This document shows positions 9,298-17,463 of a DNA stretch of 32,000 nt, piece after piece; position 1 is the first letter of the stretch, and every line of letters begins with the position of its first letter. The stretch comes from Cupriavidus necator (GTDB lineage: Bacteria; Pseudomonadota; Gammaproteobacteria; Burkholderiales; Burkholderiaceae). The stretch is from assembly GCF_016127575.1 (NCBI RefSeq), contig NZ_CP066019.1, forward strand, positions 1,140,001 through 1,172,000, read 5' to 3'. The translations under genes and the position numbers were made by a program. The notes below the pieces were generated by a model that worked only from the letters and a program-made list of their open reading frames with translations, was not told the DNA's origin and searched no databases.

Positions 9298-10692
9298 TCA
9301 GCGCAGTTGCTGGGCGGCGATGCCGCTTTGCAGCGCGGCGGCCGCGTTCTTCTGGCGCACCAGGTAGCTCACGCCGAGCACCACCAGCCACACCGGGATC
9401 AGGTAGACCGAGAGGCGCAGGCCAGGCGTCAGGTACATCACCACCAGGATGCCGGCCAGGAACACCAGGCACAGGTAGTTGGTGAGCGGATAGCCCCAGC
9501 TCTGGAACTTCGTGGCCTGGCCGGCGCGGCGCTTGTCGGCGCGGAACTTCAGGTGGATCAGGCTGATCATCGCCCAGTTGATGATGAGCGCCGACACCAC
9601 CAGGCCCATCAGCATCTCAAAGGCCTTGCCGGGCATGAAGTAGTTGATCACCACGCAGGCCGCGGTGGCCACGGCCGAGAACGCCAGCGCGGTCAGCGGA
9701 ATGCCGCGCTGGTTGACCTTGAGCAGCGCCTTGGGGGCGTTGCCCTGCTGCGCCAGACCGTACAGCATGCGGCTGTTGCAGTACACGCCGCTGTTGTAGA
9801 CCGACAGCGCCGCGGTCAGCACCACCACGTTCAGCACATTGGCCACCCAGTTGCTGTTCAGCGCGTGGAAGATCAGCACGAACGGGCTGCCGCCGGTGAC
9901 CACGTTCTCCCACGGGTACAGCGACAGCAGCACCGCCAGCGCGCCCACGTAGAAGATCAGGATGCGGTAGATCACCTGGTTGGTGGCCTTGGGGATGGTC
10001 TTCTCGGGAGAATCCGCCTCGGCCGCGGTGATGCCCACCAGCTCCAGCCCGCCGAACGAGAACATGATCACGGCCATGGCCATTACCAGGCCGCCCATGC
10101 CGTTGGGGAAGAAGCCGCCGTGCTGCCACAGGTTGGCCACGCTCGCTTGCGGGCCGGCATTGCCGGACAGCAGCAGGTAGCCGCCGAAGCCGATCATGCC
10201 GATGATGGCCGCGACCTTGATGATCGAGAACCAGAACTCCATCTCGCCGAAGGACTTCACGCTCGACAGGTTGATCAGGTTGATGATCACGAAGAAGGCC
10301 AGCGCCGAGACCCAGGTCGGGATCTCGGGCCACCAGTACTGCACGTAGATGCCAACGGCCGAAAGCTCGGCCATGCTCACCAGGATGTACAGCACCCAGT
10401 AGTTCCAGCCCGACAGGAAGCCGGCGAAGTGGCCGCAGTATTTGTCGGCGAAGTAGCTGAACGAGCCGGCGACGGGCTCGTCCACCACCATCTCGCCCAG
10501 CTGGCGCATGATGAAGAACGCCACGATGCCGGCGATCGCGTAGCCCAGCAGGACCGAGGGCCCCGCCATCTTGATGGTCTGGGCGATGCCCAGGAAAAGG
10601 CCGGTGCCGATGGCGCCACCCAGCGCGATCAGCTGGATATGCCGGTTCTTCAGGCCGCGCTTGAGCGTGCCGTCATTGCTGCTTGCATGCAT
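9298..10692 (-). CDS. aroP: Amino acid permease of the APC family (aromatic amino acid transporter AroP/PheP-like)
   Basis: 464 aa with LKRGLKNRHIQLIALGGAIGTGLFLG, twelve hydrophobic segments and an FSFGGLELVGITAAEA motif. The ATG is preceded by AGAGGAAA. Confidence 0.85.
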   Translation of the reverse strand: MHASSNDGTLKRGLKNRHIQLIALGGAIGTGLFLGIAQTIKMAGPSVLLGYAIAGIVAFFIMRQLGEMVVDEPVAGSFSYFADKYCGHFAGFLSGWNYWVLYILVSMAELSAVGIYVQYWWPEIPTWVSALAFFVIINLINLSSVKSFGEMEFWFSIIKVAAIIGMIGFGGYLLLSGNAGPQASVANLWQHGGFFPNGMGGLVMAMAVIMFSFGGLELVGITAAEADSPEKTIPKATNQVIYRILIFYVGALAVLLSLYPWENVVTGGSPFVLIFHALNSNWVANVLNVVVLTAALSVYNSGVYCNSRMLYGLAQQGNAPKALLKVNQRGIPLTALAFSAVATAACVVINYFMPGKAFEMLMGLVVSALIINWAMISLIHLKFRADKRRAGQATKFQSWGYPLTNYLCLVFLAGILVVMYLTPGLRLSVYLIPVWLVVLGVSYLVRQKNAAAALQSGIAAQQLR

Positions 10693-10866
10693 TCAGTTGT
10701 TTCCTCTACCCATTCTCATGGAATGCGGGCCCGCGCCTCTGGCTATTGTCGAGTCGGACGCTTGGGCCTGGGGGACGTCACCGCCCGCGCGGCAGGGTCA
10801 CTGCCGCGAAGGAGGTGTGCGCGTTTCCGGAACCGGCCGGAGCCGGTCAGGGAAGATCGATGCCGG

Positions 10867-11946
10867 TCAGGCCTCGACCTTGAGCGTGCCGCGTTCGATC
10901 TGGTCGCGTTCCAGCGACTCGAACAGGGCCTTGAAGTTGCCTTCGCCGAAGCCTTCGTCGCCGCGGCGCTGGATGAACTCGAAGAACACCGGGCCGAGCG
11001 CGGTCTTGGAGAAGATCTGCAGCAGCAGGCGGGGCTTGCCGCCTTCGGTGGTGCCGTCCAGCAGGATGCCGCGCGACTTCAGTTGCTCCACAGGCTGGCC
11101 GTGGCCGGGCAGGCGCGTGTCCAGTGCTTCATAGTAGTAGTCGTTCGGCGCAGTCATCAGCGGCACGCCTGCCAGTTGCAGGCGGTCGATGACCTCGATC
11201 AGGTTGTCGGTCAGGAAGGCGATGTGCTGGATGCCCTCGCCGTTGAAGGCCATCAGGAACTCTTCGATCTGGCCGGCGCCCTTGGACGATTCCTCGTTCA
11301 GCGGGATGCGGATTTTACCATCCGGCGCAGTCATGGCCTTGGAGGTCAGGCCGGTGTACTCACCCTGGATGTCGAAGTAACGGATTTCGCGGAAGTTGAA
11401 CAGTTTTTCGTAGAAATTGGCCCAGTAAGCCATACGGCCACGGTAGACGTTGTGAGTCAGGTGGTCGATCAGCTTGAGGCCGTGGCCGACCGGGTGGCGG
11501 TCGACGCCTTCGATGAATTCGAAGTCGATGTCATAGATCGACTTGCCTTCCTCGAAACGGTCGATCAGGTACAGCGGCGCGCCGCCGATGCCCTTGATCG
11601 CGGGCAGGCGCAGCTCCATCGGGCCGGTCGGGATCTCGACCGGCTGGGCGCCCAGTTCCAGTGCACGGGCGTAGGCCTTGTGCGAATCCTTGACGCGGAA
11701 AGCCATGCCGCAGGCGCTCGGGCCGTGCTCGGCGGCAAAGTAGGCGGCGTGGCTGTGCGGCTCGCGGTTGACAATGAAGTTCACTTCGCCCTGGCGGTAC
11801 AGCACCACGTCCTTGGAGCGGTGCTTTGCCACCAGCGTGAAGCCCATCTGCTCGAACAGGGGCTCAAGCACGTTTGGGGTGGGCGAGGCGAATTCCACGA
11901 ATTCGAAGCCCATCAGCTGCATCGGGTTGTCAAACAGGTCGGCCAT
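10867..11946 (-). CDS. hppD: 4-hydroxyphenylpyruvate dioxygenase
   Basis: 359 aa beginning [22 protein letters not shown]. It shows the GIQHIAF motif, plus LLQIFS and FFEFIQRRG...[15 protein letters not shown], which are typical of HPPD. Confidence 0.92.
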   Translation of the reverse strand: MADLFDNPMQLMGFEFVEFASPTPNVLEPLFEQMGFTLVAKHRSKDVVLYRQGEVNFIVNREPHSHAAYFAAEHGPSACGMAFRVKDSHKAYARALELGAQPVEIPTGPMELRLPAIKGIGGAPLYLIDRFEEGKSIYDIDFEFIEGVDRHPVGHGLKLIDHLTHNVYRGRMAYWANFYEKLFNFREIRYFDIQGEYTGLTSKAMTAPDGKIRIPLNEESSKGAGQIEEFLMAFNGEGIQHIAFLTDNLIEVIDRLQLAGVPLMTAPNDYYYEALDTRLPGHGQPVEQLKSRGILLDGTTEGGKPRLLLQIFSKTALGPVFFEFIQRRGDEGFGEGNFKALFESLERDQIERGTLKVEA

Positions 11947-12176
11947 GGCTTTCTCACTAAAGGGGCGGGAAATAATATTGTGGCTGCGGCACTTGGCAAC
12001 GAGGTCGCGCCGGAGTCAGTCGGCTCGGCGGAAACCTGTTGCAGGACAGGCCTGTAGTGCGCTTGCTTGGGATGCAGTGTATATTCCTGACGGCAAAATT
12101 GGATTTCGTAAAACAGGCAGGGAAACCCTAGATTATGAAATTCGATTGCGTGAATCTCTGATGTGAGGAAATCAAA

Positions 12177-12650
12177 GTGCAATCGATCGAGCTGGACCGT
12201 ACCGATCGCCGCTTGCTGGGGGTTTTGCAGGAGCAGGGGCGGGCCTCCAACCTGGAGCTGGCAGAGGCCATCGCGCTGTCGCCGGCGCAGACTTTGCGGC
12301 GCCACCGCCGCCTGGAAGAGGCCGGGCTGGTCAAACGCTATGAGGCGCGGCTGGACGCGGCGGCGCTGGGCTTTGGCGTGGTGGCCTTTATCCATGTGAC
12401 GATGGAGCGCGGGCATATCCGCGACCTGTCCAACTTCAAGCGCCTGGTGGCGGAACTGGCGCAGATCCAGGAATGCTTCTCGGTGACCGGGGATATCGAC
12501 TACGTGCTCAAGGTGGTCGCAAAGGACCTGAAGTCGCTGTCTGACTTCCTGCTCGATACGCTGATGCGTATCCCGGGTGTCAGCGGCGTGAAGTCCAGCG
12601 TGTGCCTGGACGAGATCAAGTGCACCAGCGCGGTGCCGCTGGAGGCCTGA
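12177..12650 (+). CDS. Lrp/AsnC family transcriptional regulator
   Basis: 157 aa with LDRTDRRLLGVLQEQGRASNLELAEAIALSPAQTLRRHRRLEEAGLV (HTH) and a C-terminal RAM/AsnC_trans_reg-like domain. The GTG start lies 7 nt after GAGGAA. It is divergent from hppD. Confidence 0.88.
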   Translation: MQSIELDRTDRRLLGVLQEQGRASNLELAEAIALSPAQTLRRHRRLEEAGLVKRYEARLDAAALGFGVVAFIHVTMERGHIRDLSNFKRLVAELAQIQECFSVTGDIDYVLKVVAKDLKSLSDFLLDTLMRIPGVSGVKSSVCLDEIKCTSAVPLEA

Positions 12651-12659
12651 ACCCGAAGG

Positions 12660-12761
12660 GAAGGCTGCTGCCGGGCCGCAGGGCTAGGCGTGGTCGACGC
12701 CGCGTGGTTATTTCCACGCAAGGAGGCCGCAACAACGCCCTGCGGCCCGGCAGCAGCCTTC
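12660..12761. repeat. Perfect 25-bp inverted repeat enclosing a 52-nt core with two nested hairpins
   Basis: 12660-12684 (GAAGGCTGCTGCCGGGCCGCAGGGC) is the exact reverse complement of 12737-12761. Two inner stems pair 12687-12691 with 12697-12701, and 12702-12707 with 12714-12719. A T5 run lies at 12769-12773. The element sits between the convergent Lrp and kinase genes. Confidence 0.85.
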
Positions 12762-12790
12762 GCGCCCCTTTTTCATTCTGAAACGGGTTC

Positions 12791-14875
12791 TTAATCTTCC
12801 GGCTGGTCGAGGCGGTCGCACTGTACGTTCATTGCCCGGCACACCGCGCACCATGATGGCCGCGAGCCGGGCTTGACGCCGCAGTGGGCGGCCTCGTCAC
12901 GCGTGCCGGCCTGGCTGTCGGGCGCGCTGACCCGCACTGGCACGGCTATCTCGCGCACCCGGTGGCCACTGGCGCAGGCTTGTGCCACCGCCGCATCCAG
13001 CGCCTGCAGGCCAACCGGCTTGACGATCACGGCATTCATGCCCGCCGCCAGCGCCGCGGCATGGTCCACCGCGACGGCGCTTGCGGTGCAACCGATCACC
13101 GGCACGCTGCCGCGCGCATCCTTGCGTGCGCGCACCGCCCGTGCGAATGCCATGCCGTCCATGACCGGCATGGCGCAGTCGCACAAGATCACGTCGAAGC
13201 TGGACCGGTCCAGCATGGCCAGCCCTTCGCGGCCATCACAGGCGGTGCTCACGCGGTGGCCCAGGTGCTCCAGCTGGCGCTGCAGCAGCAGCCGGTTGGG
13301 CGCATGGTCGTCGATCACCAGGACGTTGACCCGGCGCCGTGCGCAGCCCGCCATGGGCGGCGGCACCGGCTCGGGCAGTTCCGTGGCGACGGCAAGCGCC
13401 AACGGCAGCGTCACCATGACGCGCGTGCCCTGGCCCGGCTGGCTGGACAGCGAGATCTGGCCTCCCATCGCGCTGGCCAGGCGCTGGCAGATTGCCAGCC
13501 CCAGCCCGGTGCCGCCGGCATGGGGCCGGGTGCGGTCATGCACCTGTTCGAAGGGTTCGAACATGCGCGCCTGCTCGCCGGCGGGTATCCCGATGCCGGT
13601 GTCGGAGACGGTCAGCATGACCTGCTGCACGCCGTCGCGAGGCGCCAGGGCGTCAAGCCTGACGTGGATCGTGCCGCTGTCGGTGAAGCGCACCGCGTTG
13701 GACACCAGGTTGGCCAGGATCTGACGGAAACGCAGCGCATCGACCTGATGCAGCGGCGCAACGGCGACGCCGATGCCGCTGGTCAGCGGCAGGCCCTTCT
13801 GTGCCGCCACCGGCCCGAAGATCAGCAGCGTGTCCTTGACCAGCCCGGGCAGCGAAGCGGGTGCCGGGTGGATGCTGAACTTGCCGGCCTCCATCTTGGA
13901 CAGGTCCAGGATGTCGTCGATCAGCGCCAGCAGGCCCACTGCCGACTTATGCGCCGTGACCAGCTGCAGGCGTTCCTGCTCGGCCAGCTGGCAGCGCGCC
14001 AGGGTCAGCTCCAGCATGCCGGTGATGGCGTTCATCGGGGTGCGGATCTCATGGCTGACCGAGGCCAGGAAGGTGGACTTGGCGCGGTTGGCGGCCTCGG
14101 CTTCTGTCTTGGCCTGCGCCAGCTCGGCCAGCATGTCGTGGCGTTCGGTCAGGTCGACGCAGCCGCCGGCCAGGCCCTTGACGGTGCCATCGGCGCCGCG
14201 CAGCGGTGTCAGCCAGTTCAGCACGTGGTGGGTGCGCCCGCCCAGGCGCAGGCAGCGGTCCTTGTGCAGCGGGATGCCGTCCTTGATCACCTTGCGGTAG
14301 TCGCGCTCCACCTCGGCCATGTCGATGGCGATGGGATGCACCTGGACCGATGTGTCCAGCGGCTGCCCGCGCAAGGTGTCGCGCGTGGCGCCGACCAGTT
14401 CTTCATAGCTGCGGTTGCAGGTGATGAGCCGCAGCGAGGCATCGCGCAGGTAGACAGGCTGGGGAATGCCGTCGAGCAGCGCCGACTGGATCGCGATATT
14501 GTCCTTCAGCGCAATCTCCGCGGCGCGGCGCCGGCGCACCTCGCGATACAGCACGAAGATCCATGCCAGCAGGCATGGCGTCAGCAGGCAGAGCAGCCCG
14601 GTCGTCCACCCCAGCACCTGCCAGTGCGCCTGTGGCGCTGCTTGTGGTGGCGGGGCTGGTTGCAGGGCCGGTGCCTCGGGCAAGGCGACTGGCGTGCCGG
14701 CCGGGGATGGCGCTGGCGCGGGATCTGCCGTCCGCTGGGCAACGGCGCAGGCCAATACGCTGACGAACAACGCGGCACTTGCCAGCCGCCAGGCGCGCGT
14801 GAAGCGGTGCGGGCAAGCGGTGGCCGATGGAGATTCGTTATGGATGGGCTGATGAATGGACAAGCGGGGCGGCAA
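12791..14875 (-). CDS. Hybrid sensor histidine kinase/response regulator (TM-PAS-HisKA-HATPase-REC)
   Basis: It carries the H-box SHEIRTPMNAITGMLEL, N-box NLVSNAVRFT, G-boxes DTGIGI and GGTGLGLAI, and a receiver NVLVIDDH...ILCDCAMPVMDG...VKPV. Two hydrophobic segments flank a Pro/Ala-rich loop of ~45 aa. No ATG exists near the 5' end, so the start is taken as TTG 14875 (TTG 14863 is the alternative) and is uncertain. Confidence 0.85.
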   Translation of the reverse strand: MPPRLSIHQPIHNESPSATACPHRFTRAWRLASAALFVSVLACAVAQRTADPAPAPSPAGTPVALPEAPALQPAPPPQAAPQAHWQVLGWTTGLLCLLTPCLLAWIFVLYREVRRRRAAEIALKDNIAIQSALLDGIPQPVYLRDASLRLITCNRSYEELVGATRDTLRGQPLDTSVQVHPIAIDMAEVERDYRKVIKDGIPLHKDRCLRLGGRTHHVLNWLTPLRGADGTVKGLAGGCVDLTERHDMLAELAQAKTEAEAANRAKSTFLASVSHEIRTPMNAITGMLELTLARCQLAEQERLQLVTAHKSAVGLLALIDDILDLSKMEAGKFSIHPAPASLPGLVKDTLLIFGPVAAQKGLPLTSGIGVAVAPLHQVDALRFRQILANLVSNAVRFTDSGTIHVRLDALAPRDGVQQVMLTVSDTGIGIPAGEQARMFEPFEQVHDRTRPHAGGTGLGLAICQRLASAMGGQISLSSQPGQGTRVMVTLPLALAVATELPEPVPPPMAGCARRRVNVLVIDDHAPNRLLLQRQLEHLGHRVSTACDGREGLAMLDRSSFDVILCDCAMPVMDGMAFARAVRARKDARGSVPVIGCTASAVAVDHAAALAAGMNAVIVKPVGLQALDAAVAQACASGHRVREIAVPVRVSAPDSQAGTRDEAAHCGVKPGSRPSWCAVCRAMNVQCDRLDQPED

Positions 14876-14990
14876 AATTCAGTGAAACATGGCAGCGGCC
14901 GCCGCGCGGTTGGCGTAGCGGTGGCTGGATAGTTTTCACTCTATGGGCTCAGCCTCGATATCTCATTAGGACGAATCTGAGATTGGGGGT

Positions 14991-15001
14991 GAAATTTCCG
15001 G
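14991..15001. promoter_or_regulatory. GAAATTTCCGG motif, copy 1 (kinase-proximal)
   Basis: The same 11-mer recurs at 15291-15301. It has the palindromic core GAAATTTC and lies ~115 nt upstream of the kinase start. Confidence 0.3.
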
Positions 15002-15288
15002 ATCACGCGCCGTTGATGCCTTTCACGTCACATATCGAAGATAAATGCCGGGCAGCATCTCACGGGGCCAACGCCGGCATCAGCCAGGCACGCACGCGCC
15101 AGCGTCGAGAAACCCGATGGCGGCAGGCAGGTCCAAAACAAAACCTTCCGGTACCCCCTGCCATGGTCCGGCGACGTGGTTTTTCAGCTGTGGCGGCAGC
15201 GTTATGATTGGATTGCGCAACTGCCATGGTCCGCATTGCGCCAGGCCTGCAAAACCAGCCGGGTTTTCGGAAGAAGCAAGCCCGCGCT

Positions 15289-15301
15289 CGGAAATTTCCG
15301 G
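15289..15301. promoter_or_regulatory. CGGAAATTTCCG palindrome, copy 2 (regulator-proximal)
   Basis: It is a perfect 12-bp palindrome at 15289-15300, ~80 nt upstream of the response regulator start. Its TTTCC half-sites resemble NarL/BvgA-type sites. Confidence 0.3.
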
Positions 15302-15380
15302 TGCCCTCCGGCACAAATGCTGAGCAAAATGATGTGCATGGGCGCCCGGACATCAGGGCGCCTGTTATGGAGTTCAAGTT

Positions 15381-16007
15381 TTGACCACAATCCTGATCGT
15401 CGACGACCACCCGCCCGTGCGGGTGGTGCTAAAGACGCACTTTTCCCAGGTGCTGGGCATCACCCATGTGCTTGAGGCCGACAATGGCCAGGCCGCCATC
15501 GAGATCGTGCGGCAGTACACCCCCGACGTGGTGATCCTGGACCTGGACATCCCGAAGATCAACGGGCTGGACGTGATCCCCCGCCTCAAGGCCTGCCACC
15601 CCGCCGTGCGCATCCTGGTCATTTCCGGCCAGGACCAGAACACGTTTGCCCCGCGCGCGCGCCAGGCCGGCGCGCATGGTTTTGTCAGCAAGACCCAGGA
15701 ACTGGCCGAGATCGTGCGCTGCACCGAGTCCGTGCTGGCCGGCTATACGGTGATGCCGGAAACCGACCGCGGCAACAACGCCGGCCACGCCGACGAAGCC
15801 GCGCGCCTGGCCAGTCTTTCCGACAAGGAACTGGTGGTCATGCAGATGCTTGCCAAGGGCATGTCGAACAAGGAAATCGGCGAAACCCTGTTTATTTCCA
15901 ACAAGACGGTCAGCACCCACAAGACCCGGGCCATGGAAAAACTCGGGGCAAAATCGATTGTCGATGTCATCGACTTTGCGCGGCGCCACCATATCGCGAT
16001 CGGCTAG
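15381..16007 (+). CDS. NarL/FixJ (LuxR-type HTH) response regulator, BvgA-like
   Basis: 208 aa with TILIVDDHP...VVILDLDIP...ISGQ...SK receiver residues and the C-terminal LSDKELVVMQMLAKGMSNKEIGETLFISNKTVSTHKTRAMEKLG HTH. The TTG start lies 8 nt after GGAG. Confidence 0.88.
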   Translation: MTTILIVDDHPPVRVVLKTHFSQVLGITHVLEADNGQAAIEIVRQYTPDVVILDLDIPKINGLDVIPRLKACHPAVRILVISGQDQNTFAPRARQAGAHGFVSKTQELAEIVRCTESVLAGYTVMPETDRGNNAGHADEAARLASLSDKELVVMQMLAKGMSNKEIGETLFISNKTVSTHKTRAMEKLGAKSIVDVIDFARRHHIAIG

Positions 16008-16046
16008 CATGCTGCCCGTGATTCGACTCGCATTGAGAAGCGGCGC

Positions 16047-16727
16047 ATGACCGGCGCGTTGCTGCTTGCCACGCCCGGCGACACGCGCTGGGTCGCCGGG
16101 GTTGCCCCGATCCTGCGCGATCTCGGCTTTGATGTGCACACCGACACGCCCGCGCCGGACGCCGCCGCAGACATCGGCCTGGTGATAGCCGGCGCCGCCA
16201 CCGAGATCCCTGACAGCCTGTTGCGCGCCTGGCGTGCCACCGGCCCGGTCTGCGCCGTGGTGCTGCCGGCCGACGCGGTGCCGGTGCCCGGCGCGGACGA
16301 AGGTGTGATCGCCTGCCTGCGCGAGCCGGTGACCGAAGCGGCCATCGTCGCCATGCTGGCCCGCCAGCGCTACCTGGCGCTGTCCCCCCGCGAGGCTGCG
16401 GGAATCGGGCCAGCCATCGCGTCGCAGACCTTCGGCAACCGCGCCTTTGCCGCTGAGCTGGTGCACGCCCTGGTCACCTCGGCGCAGGCCGACCTGGCGC
16501 AGTTGCGCGCCGCGGACGGTGCGCTGGACACCGTGCGCAGCGTCGCCCACCGGCTCAAGGCATCTGCCCACTACGTCGGCTGCCATGCCTTGCGTGCTCT
16601 TGCCCAGCGCCTGGAGCATGCCGCCAGCGACGGCGATGCCGCCAACGCCGCTGCGCTGGCCGCGATCGTGGCGCCGACGGTGGCGCGGCTGCTCGCCCTG
16701 CTGGCGGCGCTGCCATCGGAAAAATAA
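16047..16727 (+). CDS. Histidine phosphotransfer (HPt) protein with an N-terminal degenerate receiver-like domain
   Basis: The C-terminal AHRLKASAHYVGCHALRALAQRLE matches the HPt HxxKG...G helix. The N-terminal ~110 aa aligns by eye to CheY-like receivers, but the acidic pocket, phospho-Asp, Thr and Lys positions are all replaced. Confidence 0.7.
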   Translation: MTGALLLATPGDTRWVAGVAPILRDLGFDVHTDTPAPDAAADIGLVIAGAATEIPDSLLRAWRATGPVCAVVLPADAVPVPGADEGVIACLREPVTEAAIVAMLARQRYLALSPREAAGIGPAIASQTFGNRAFAAELVHALVTSAQADLAQLRAADGALDTVRSVAHRLKASAHYVGCHALRALAQRLEHAASDGDAANAAALAAIVAPTVARLLALLAALPSEK

Positions 16728-16941
16728 GATGGCGGCGGTCGCCGGCAGCTCCGGTGCGGGAATACACCGGATTGGCCCGGTGCGGTCGGTTGATTATGCT
16801 CGGATATATCAGGGCGCCGATTTTCAATATTCTGGAATTAATGACGCCGATTAATGCGGTGCGTTTTTATATGACGGCGCGGACGCCGGATTCTGATATT
16901 CGGCAGGACGGTTAGTTTGACGATATTTTCCGGGAGCGGGC

Positions 16942-17448
16942 ATGGGTCAGATCATGGCGTCAATGCCGGAGTCGGCGTTTTATTTCCATCTGGCGGCGGT
17001 AACCATGCTGCTGCTGGGGCTGGCGCTGTATCGCGCGGTGTCGCACGTGATGGCGACCCCGGACGGGCGCAAGGCCCGCGCGCAGCGCCTGGCACTGGTG
17101 ACCGCGGGGCGGCTGCTGGCGCTCGGCGGTATCTGGACCGCCATCGCCTATGGCCACGGCGCCTGGGAGCGCGCCGGCGCGCATAACTGCCGGCACCTGC
17201 CGTCGTTGGATGCCGCCGCGCGCTACGCAGCGGAATACTGCTATCTGGGTCGGGAGCGGGTGTTGCTGCGCATCTACGGCGTGGAGCGCGACCGCGTGCT
17301 GGCCCAGCGCACCTTCAACAGCAGCGGGCCGGTGCGGCTCAGCTGGGACGGCCAGGCCGTGGTCTTCGATGCCGCGGCGCCTGGCAAGGCAGGGCGCCTG
17401 GCGCTGCCGCCCACGCTGGGCGACCGGTTGCTGGCGCGGCTGCCCTGA
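16942..17448 (+). CDS. Hypothetical membrane protein (two N-terminal TM helices plus a ~100-aa domain)
   Basis: 168-aa ORF with GGGAG 6 nt upstream. The hydrophobic segments are FYFHLAAVTMLLLGLALY and LALVTAGRLLALGGIWTAIAY. I recognise no family. Confidence 0.55.
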   Translation: MGQIMASMPESAFYFHLAAVTMLLLGLALYRAVSHVMATPDGRKARAQRLALVTAGRLLALGGIWTAIAYGHGAWERAGAHNCRHLPSLDAAARYAAEYCYLGRERVLLRIYGVERDRVLAQRTFNSSGPVRLSWDGQAVVFDAAAPGKAGRLALPPTLGDRLLARLP

Positions 17449-17463
17449 TCCGGCGCTCTACAA

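Noticed and set aside
10820-10866. The hairpin ACCGGC-TCCG-GCCGGT just after the hppD stop, as a terminator separating hppD from aroP.
   Set aside because: The stem is only 6 bp and no U-tract follows. It is more consistent with read-through within an hppD-aroP-tyrB operon.
9307-12057. A 916-aa ORF on the plus strand spanning aroP, hppD and the spacer between them. Similar giant ORFs occur at 12884..14932 (+), 19161..20261 (+, the 5' part of the 945-aa ORF), 20874..23156 (-), 24616..26586 (+), 26630..28930 (-) and 29849..31123 (-).
   Set aside because: Each lies antisense to, or out of frame with, a gene that has clear family signatures. Their translations are Arg/Gly/Ala/His/Gln-rich low-complexity strings with no recognisable motifs. 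Stop-poor antisense frames are expected in high-GC DNA. They could only be rescued by ribosome-profiling evidence.
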